NCBI GenBank assembly: GCA_002269645.1
Contig: NIVC01000001.1
Location: 992,001-1,056,000, forward strand
DNA from: Macrostomum lignano
Lineage: Eukaryota
DNA length: 64,000 nucleotides
Direction: 5' to 3'
Shown here: in pieces, positions 39,443-64,000 of the stretch
How the letters are laid out: every line of letters starts with the position of its first letter
Position numbering within the stretch: the stretch's first letter is position 1
The notes under the pieces: model-generated
What the model was told of the DNA's origin: nothing
Seen by the model: only the letters and a program-made list of their open reading frames with translations
Database searches by the model: none
Program-made: the position numbers and the translations under genes

Positions 39443-39675
39443 GGGGTTGTAGCCTAGTGGTCAGAGCGTCGGAGTCACGACTGAAAGGTCGGGGGTTCGA
39501 TTTTCGACCCACTGGAACAATTTGTGTCATTGAGCAAGACACTCAACTCTGCATTGCTTCAGTTCGCCCAGCTGTAAAATAAGTGCCAGCATTAGCTGGG
39601 GTAATTGAGGGTGTGTGTGGCGACCCCCCAGTCCTTGGACTGAACAGCCGCACGCAGCCTTCAGATGCGCCGCGC
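39443..39675 (+). mobile_element. tRNA-derived CORE-like SINE, copy C
   Basis: Head GGGGTTGTAGCCTAGTGG (A-box) ... GGTTCGATT (B-box). Body TGTGTCATTGAGCAAGACACTCAACTCTGCATTGCTTCAGTT...GCTGTAAAAT resembles the MIR CORE domain. Confidence 0.88.
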
Positions 39676-41105
39676 AATAGCTGCGGCTGAGCTGTCGGTT
39701 GCACATCTAGGGGCAGGTGTAATCAATTATTAATATTATTATTTAAAATAGAAGAAGCTTTCACTTTAGACTTCGAATAATTCCTTCTGGCTGTTAAGTA
39801 TATGTCCTTATATCACTACTGTCCCTTTGCTGCTTCTCATGTTTTTGTTGTCCAAATTTATACTGCCGTGTAGATTTTGAAAAATTTGCATCAATTTTCA
39901 TAGAATTCTGTTTTAGCTTGACAAAAAATCAATAAACGAATAAGGCATAATTCAGCTTTTAAATTGGTGCAGACATTTGCTAAATATATATTATCAGCAG
40001 GAATAAAAAGAAATTTGCAAGGAATCCTTGCCAGACCTTCTTTTATTGTATCGATTTGCTTCAGGTGACTATGGTCGACTTTAATGATAAAATCTGTCGG
40101 AGAGGAAGCTGGTTAAACTGAACTTAAAAGGACAATTGAACATGCCGGGCCAAATATCGAATTTGGGCAAATGAGCGGTGATTACCGATGGTTATAGTGT
40201 AGGATTTCGAGCGGGAGGAATGGCCGCCTGCGGTTGCTAAATTGAAAAAACAAAAGCAAACTGTTTTTTAAAAGTCGCGGCTACACGCTTAAATACGGAT
40301 ACGTTATAGTTACATGTATAACAAAGTTGAACGTTTGGAAAACTGCTTAACTATGTACATTATAATTTTGAGTAAATTTCTGTAGTAGAAGTGTTTAAAT
40401 ATTAGGAATTTCACCACAACGCGTGGACAGCAACGAAATTATTTTTTAAAAATTACGTATTGTAGTGTCACGGACACTTCACAGCCGCCTTAAGGACAAA
40501 ATTGCTTCTTAAAGGACTAATGCCTACGGGAAATAGTTCTAAAGAAGGTTAATTAAAGTTGTCGGTTTTGTAAAAGTTCCTACAATGAAGTTTAACAAAA
40601 ATGATAGAAAAATGTTAGAAACAGAGAAGAGGTTGAGATGTCAAGAAGAAATTTGTTTTCTTTTCTAATTTGTTCACATCATTTTATTACTTCTTCTGAA
40701 CCCCCAAGAAAGTCTGTGATAATCGAAAATGTGAACAACGAAACAAAGACTAATAAATAAAACCAGTGATTTAATCTACGAGAAAAGAAAAAGGAAACAG
40801 TGCCAATAAAGCTAGCAAATTGGTAAACAAGGCCGTTTAGTGACAGAAAAAACTCAATTTCTGTGTTCTGCTTTTGAGCTTTGAACAAATCCTTTCGTGC
40901 ACGTACGAAATCCGCTATCGGAGCTGGGCACCAAGCTGCAATTATCCTACAGCTGCACTGTGTCTGTCTGACTACAAAATCTTGGATTATTAGCTTGAAA
41001 CTACTGTAAGTAACACCGATAGATTTCCCAGATTACCCCTAGTATTGCCCAAAATATTCTCAGATCTCCGGCGCCCAAGCAATTATTGGGGGCGGTTTGA
41101 AATTT

Positions 41106-60450
<19,345 letters not shown>

Positions 60451-61718
60451 CCCCGCGTGTTATAAGAATTCTTAATCGCCCCGGCAACTAGGCGTAGTCG
60501 AAAATATGGCTTATCGATCTCTCTTTTGCTTATAGATCCTGTCAAAAACAGAATACCTTTACGGACAGACTGCAACAGTATGATCGGCTTTGTCAAGCGC
60601 TGTTATGCTAACTGCCTCTCCTGTAGTCCCGCTCTATATATTCCGTAGCACGCACTGCATGGTGGGCACAGTCAGGCAACTACAATAGCCAGCCAGAGAG
60701 GGAGAGAGCTGCATTTGTGTTCGCGTCGAGTAATATACAGTGCATCGGAACCGTGTTGACAGGGAAAACCAACGGCAGGCCATTTTTCATAAGTTTTTTT
60801 CTGTCTGGCTGGGGCGCAGCGTACATACGCAATTGCATGCCTGGAGCTGAGAAACACAGAATGCCTGGGGGCTGCCTGCGACTTTGTTTCCTTTTGGTAA
60901 TTGGAGCAATCTATATAACTAAATCTGAAAAGTTTCTTTAGTTAACTATAATTGAATAGAAGTGAAGCCTGAGGTGAGCCTGAGGTAAAACAGCAACCTA
61001 TTTCTAGCTTGTGCTCAATACCCGTACAGCAATAGACGTCTATTGACAAATATGTAGTTTTACATTAATCCGCGAAATGTCATGCACTTCACGGTAATGA
61101 CCTCTGTCTCTGTCATTATGATACTTGTATATATATGATACTGACGACCGCCTGTTTTGGCCATAGACAATTCAACAAATGCAGCTACGAGTAATATGGA
61201 GCGAGAATTTAAGTTAATGGGCCAAGGTCACGATCGAGTGCGCTACGCATGACTTCCACTTTCCATACCGACACTCGAATTACACCAGTCGTTATCCGTC
61301 GATGAAATGTAAAAGTACATATATGTCATAGACGTCGATAGTGCTGTACGGGATAGAAAATAAGTTCGATGAATTTGCTTTTCAAAAAGCGCTACCGTAT
61401 AATAATTAAACAATGAAAGTTCCAGAAAAACTACAATCTTTTGAAGATTTTTCTCGCGTCGTCTGAAGATTTTCAATGATGAAACATCGTGCATGTACAT
61501 TTATTTTGAAAAAAATATGTTTACTAGACATTCCCAGGTATTTGGCTTGTGTCCGCGACCGGAAACGGCTGGTGCAGTTGGTGCAGTTTAACTGTTTTTT
61601 TTTTCTTGCTGTTGCAGTCTTTTATAGCTCGTATTACTGGTTTTTTATGGTCGTTGCTATAATTCGTGTAAACTACCCACACTGCATTTTCTCGTTGCAA
61701 TTGATACATCTACATGTT

Positions 61719-61951
61719 CAGGGGCGTCACAATGGATTTTATGGTGGATGGGGGGACAAAGCCGAAGGCACTCATTTTGGCGCCGAAGGCGCTACATTTA
61801 TTGGCGCCCTGAAGAAAAATTATTGATTACCATCAACGCGGTTCACAAGGTAGGGCGGGGATAAAGCATTGGAATGTTCCCTCATAGCTTTTACTGGCCC
61901 GGGGGGACATGTCCCACATGTTCCCATGTCCTCCCGGTAGCGACACGTCTG
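61719..61951. mobile_element. hAT-type MITE
   Basis: Exact 8-bp TSD TACATGTT (61711-61718 / 61952-61959). Imperfect TIR CAGGGGCGTCAC / GCGACACGTCTG. Internal GCGCCGAAGGCGC motifs. Confidence 0.78.
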
Positions 61952-61988
61952 TACATGTTTTACTGTACATTGTACATGATCTTTTCAG

Positions 61989-62040
61989 GGACCACTAGAA
62001 TTAATTAGGTACCGTTGTTCAACGGTACCTTCTGTGGTCC
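61989..62040. other. Nested hairpin around AGGTACCGTTG-TT-CAACGGTACCT
   Basis: Perfect 11-bp stem (62007-62030) inside an outer GGACCAC / GTGGTCC pairing. Confidence 0.6.
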
Positions 62041-62812
62041 TTGGATCTTTTTTGGAGAGGCACCTGCCTCATTGTGGTAACGGCCACAGATATTCATGTC
62101 CGAGTACAAGGCAAGTTCCTTACAAAGAAAAAAATAAAAAACACCGCCCTATACAAATCCGTGTACGGGTAACGTGCATCACGTGTAATCTCCACTAATA
62201 CTATAATTAAAATGAGAATTGGATCCATTGATTTTGCATACTTTAAATGTTTTATGCCTAAATGTAGTTGATTCACAAGGTTCTATCCTGCTGAATGCAT
62301 AAAAAGCTTATCGTCTTGAGTAAAAATATGCATTTTGGTTTAGTGTTCTGACATTCTTTGCCGTAAATTTAAACTGCATATAATTATCAATCCGCGCTGG
62401 CGTCTTTTCTATGAAAATTGTCTACGTGACGTGGTGGTCGTGGCACTGGTGTGCTGTGCTGACGTGCTGTGTGGTTTTTAATTGTAATAAACTGTGTATA
62501 CTGTTTTAATAATAAATGGTGTTGTGTAGGAAGACATTTAACTCATTTTTGTAAGTTAGCAATAATTTACTATAAATTATAAATTATAAAACCAATGCCT
62601 ATAAGAATAGTAGTTTATGTATTATTGTTAGTATTATATTATCCTTAAAATTGTTAGATTGTGTCCAGAGAAATGGATGAGAAATAAGAAATGGAGTCAA
62701 GATATAACAGAAAAGAAGTGCCATAGTTTTGGAATGTAATCATTTAGGGCAATTTTTTATGGGAATGATTTTTATCTGAAACTGATATAATACATGAAGT
62801 GCTAGGCCTAAT

Positions 62813-63362
62813 GGTAATCTTTCCTTACCCGACCGTAAATTATTTTCGGCTTCCTATTTCAGTTTCTTTTAATTTTTTTGGCTGAAGTTGTGTATATATG
62901 TGGGGCGCACATTTTAAGAAAAGAAAAAAATGTTTTTAATTTTAGATTTTTTAATTTTTTAATAATTTTTCTCAACCATTACAACCAGCTGCCAAACCAT
63001 GCCACTGTCAACCACTCCCTCAACTTCGTCAACCCTGCGGACCCAACTGTGCACACCCAGAACATCGAGGGAACGTGGGGTCATGTCAAGGCCAAGCTAA
63101 GATGGATGCGTAGCACGTCGGTGCACTCTTTGACACTTATCTGGAGGCGCTATCTGGAGGAGTTTATCTGGAGGCGCCATTGGGGAGGAGAGCATCATTT
63201 TGAAAATTTCATTTACTGGGTCCGGCACTACTACCCATGCTGACTTTTACCCATGCTGACTTTTAGCTTTTACCGTAAGCCCGTAAAAATATTTACATTT
63301 TAAATATAAAAAATTCAAAAAAACTTAGAAAATAATTTACGGCTGGGTAAGGAAAGATTACT
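62813..63362 (+). mobile_element. Internally deleted Merlin (IS1595/ISXO2-like) DNA transposon
   Basis: About 35-bp TIR GGTAATCTTTCCTTACCC(GA/AG)CCGTAAATTATTTTC. Exact 8-bp TSD GGCCTAAT (62805-62812 / 63363-63370). 62998-63243 encodes HATVNHSLNFVNP...HTQNIEGTWGHVKAKL...YLEEFIWRR, the C-terminal part of IS1595-family transposases. Confidence 0.88.
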
Positions 63363-64000
63363 GGCCTAATTTATAAAAAAGGAGCTAGAATCATTGTTTT
63401 CCTGAATGCTTAAAATCTTTAATCTCTAGAAACTATTTGTAAAGTTTTTTTTAGAACTTCTACCTTATTTTTTAAAAAAATGTTGAGGTAATCATTACTT
63501 TTTTTTGTGATCATTATTATTTGAAAGATTCCCTAAAATTCATGATAATCTTGACCAAAGATTAACAAAACAAATATTATAGCTACTTAAAAAGAATGTC
63601 TATAACTATCAAGGCATTTTTTCTATATTTAATAAGTCCCTTAAATTCCAAGATATATATTAATTGCCAAATAAGCAACTTTTTTAATATCATTTTTTGG
63701 TATTTTTTAGCTCTTCTTTAGTTGATTTTTATTATGGCTATTGGCAACTAAAAGGGATATTGCAAAAGTTTCTAAGCTAATATTTAAACCAAAAAAAACT
63801 TTTTTGCTATATTCATTCTAGTATTCTAGAAATTGGCAATGAAATGAGAAGTGGTGCTAAAGTTCTTTGACTAGTGCTATTATGCTTAATTTGCATATCC
63901 AAATTTATTTTTTAAAATTACCCAGCACTACATTTGTTCTAAAGTTATAGACTAATACAATTGACTTAATTTGACTATGCAAAATCTATGTGCATTTTTT

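Noticed and set aside
39443-39515. tRNA-like sequence
   Set aside because: A and B boxes are present, but acceptor and anticodon stems are broken and it runs into a repeated body. It is a SINE head, not a tRNA gene.

Overview
Animal (metazoan) genomic DNA. GC-rich coding exons are separated by introns that usually carry their own private minisatellite. This style suggests a free-living flatworm such as Macrostomum, but that is inference only. Four spliced protein-coding genes could be rebuilt by hand with consistent GT-AG phases: (1) a complete atypical protein kinase C (+, 7482-21654, 10 exons, about 617 aa); (2) a Ski/SnoN-family TGF-beta co-repressor (-, 26579-30035, 4 coding exons); (3) an unidentified coiled-coil protein (+, 32766-39369, 8 exons, about 663 aa); (4) a large spectrin-repeat plus 6-Ig protein resembling Zormin/CCDC141 (-, 41106-60450, 17 exons, about 1729 aa) with candidate alternative C-termini. 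An intact, very young Ty3/gypsy (Mag-like) LTR retrotransposon (11214-16055; identical 276-bp LTRs, 5-bp TSD) sits antisense in aPKC intron 4, inside a minisatellite. Also present: five copies of a tRNA-headed CORE-like SINE, five hAT-type MITEs with 8-bp TSDs, two copies of another TIR MITE, a decayed Mutator transposase, a deleted Merlin element and about 28 tandem-repeat arrays including 2.46 kb of (TATC)n. No rRNA, true tRNA or CRISPR array was found. All coordinates were read by eye. Family names come from motif recognition, not database searches. I found no clearly new multi-gene system. The best leads are a multivalent LC8-motif cassette exon, splice-site-anchored intron minisatellites, non-canonical aPKC regulatory motifs and alternative terminal exons.
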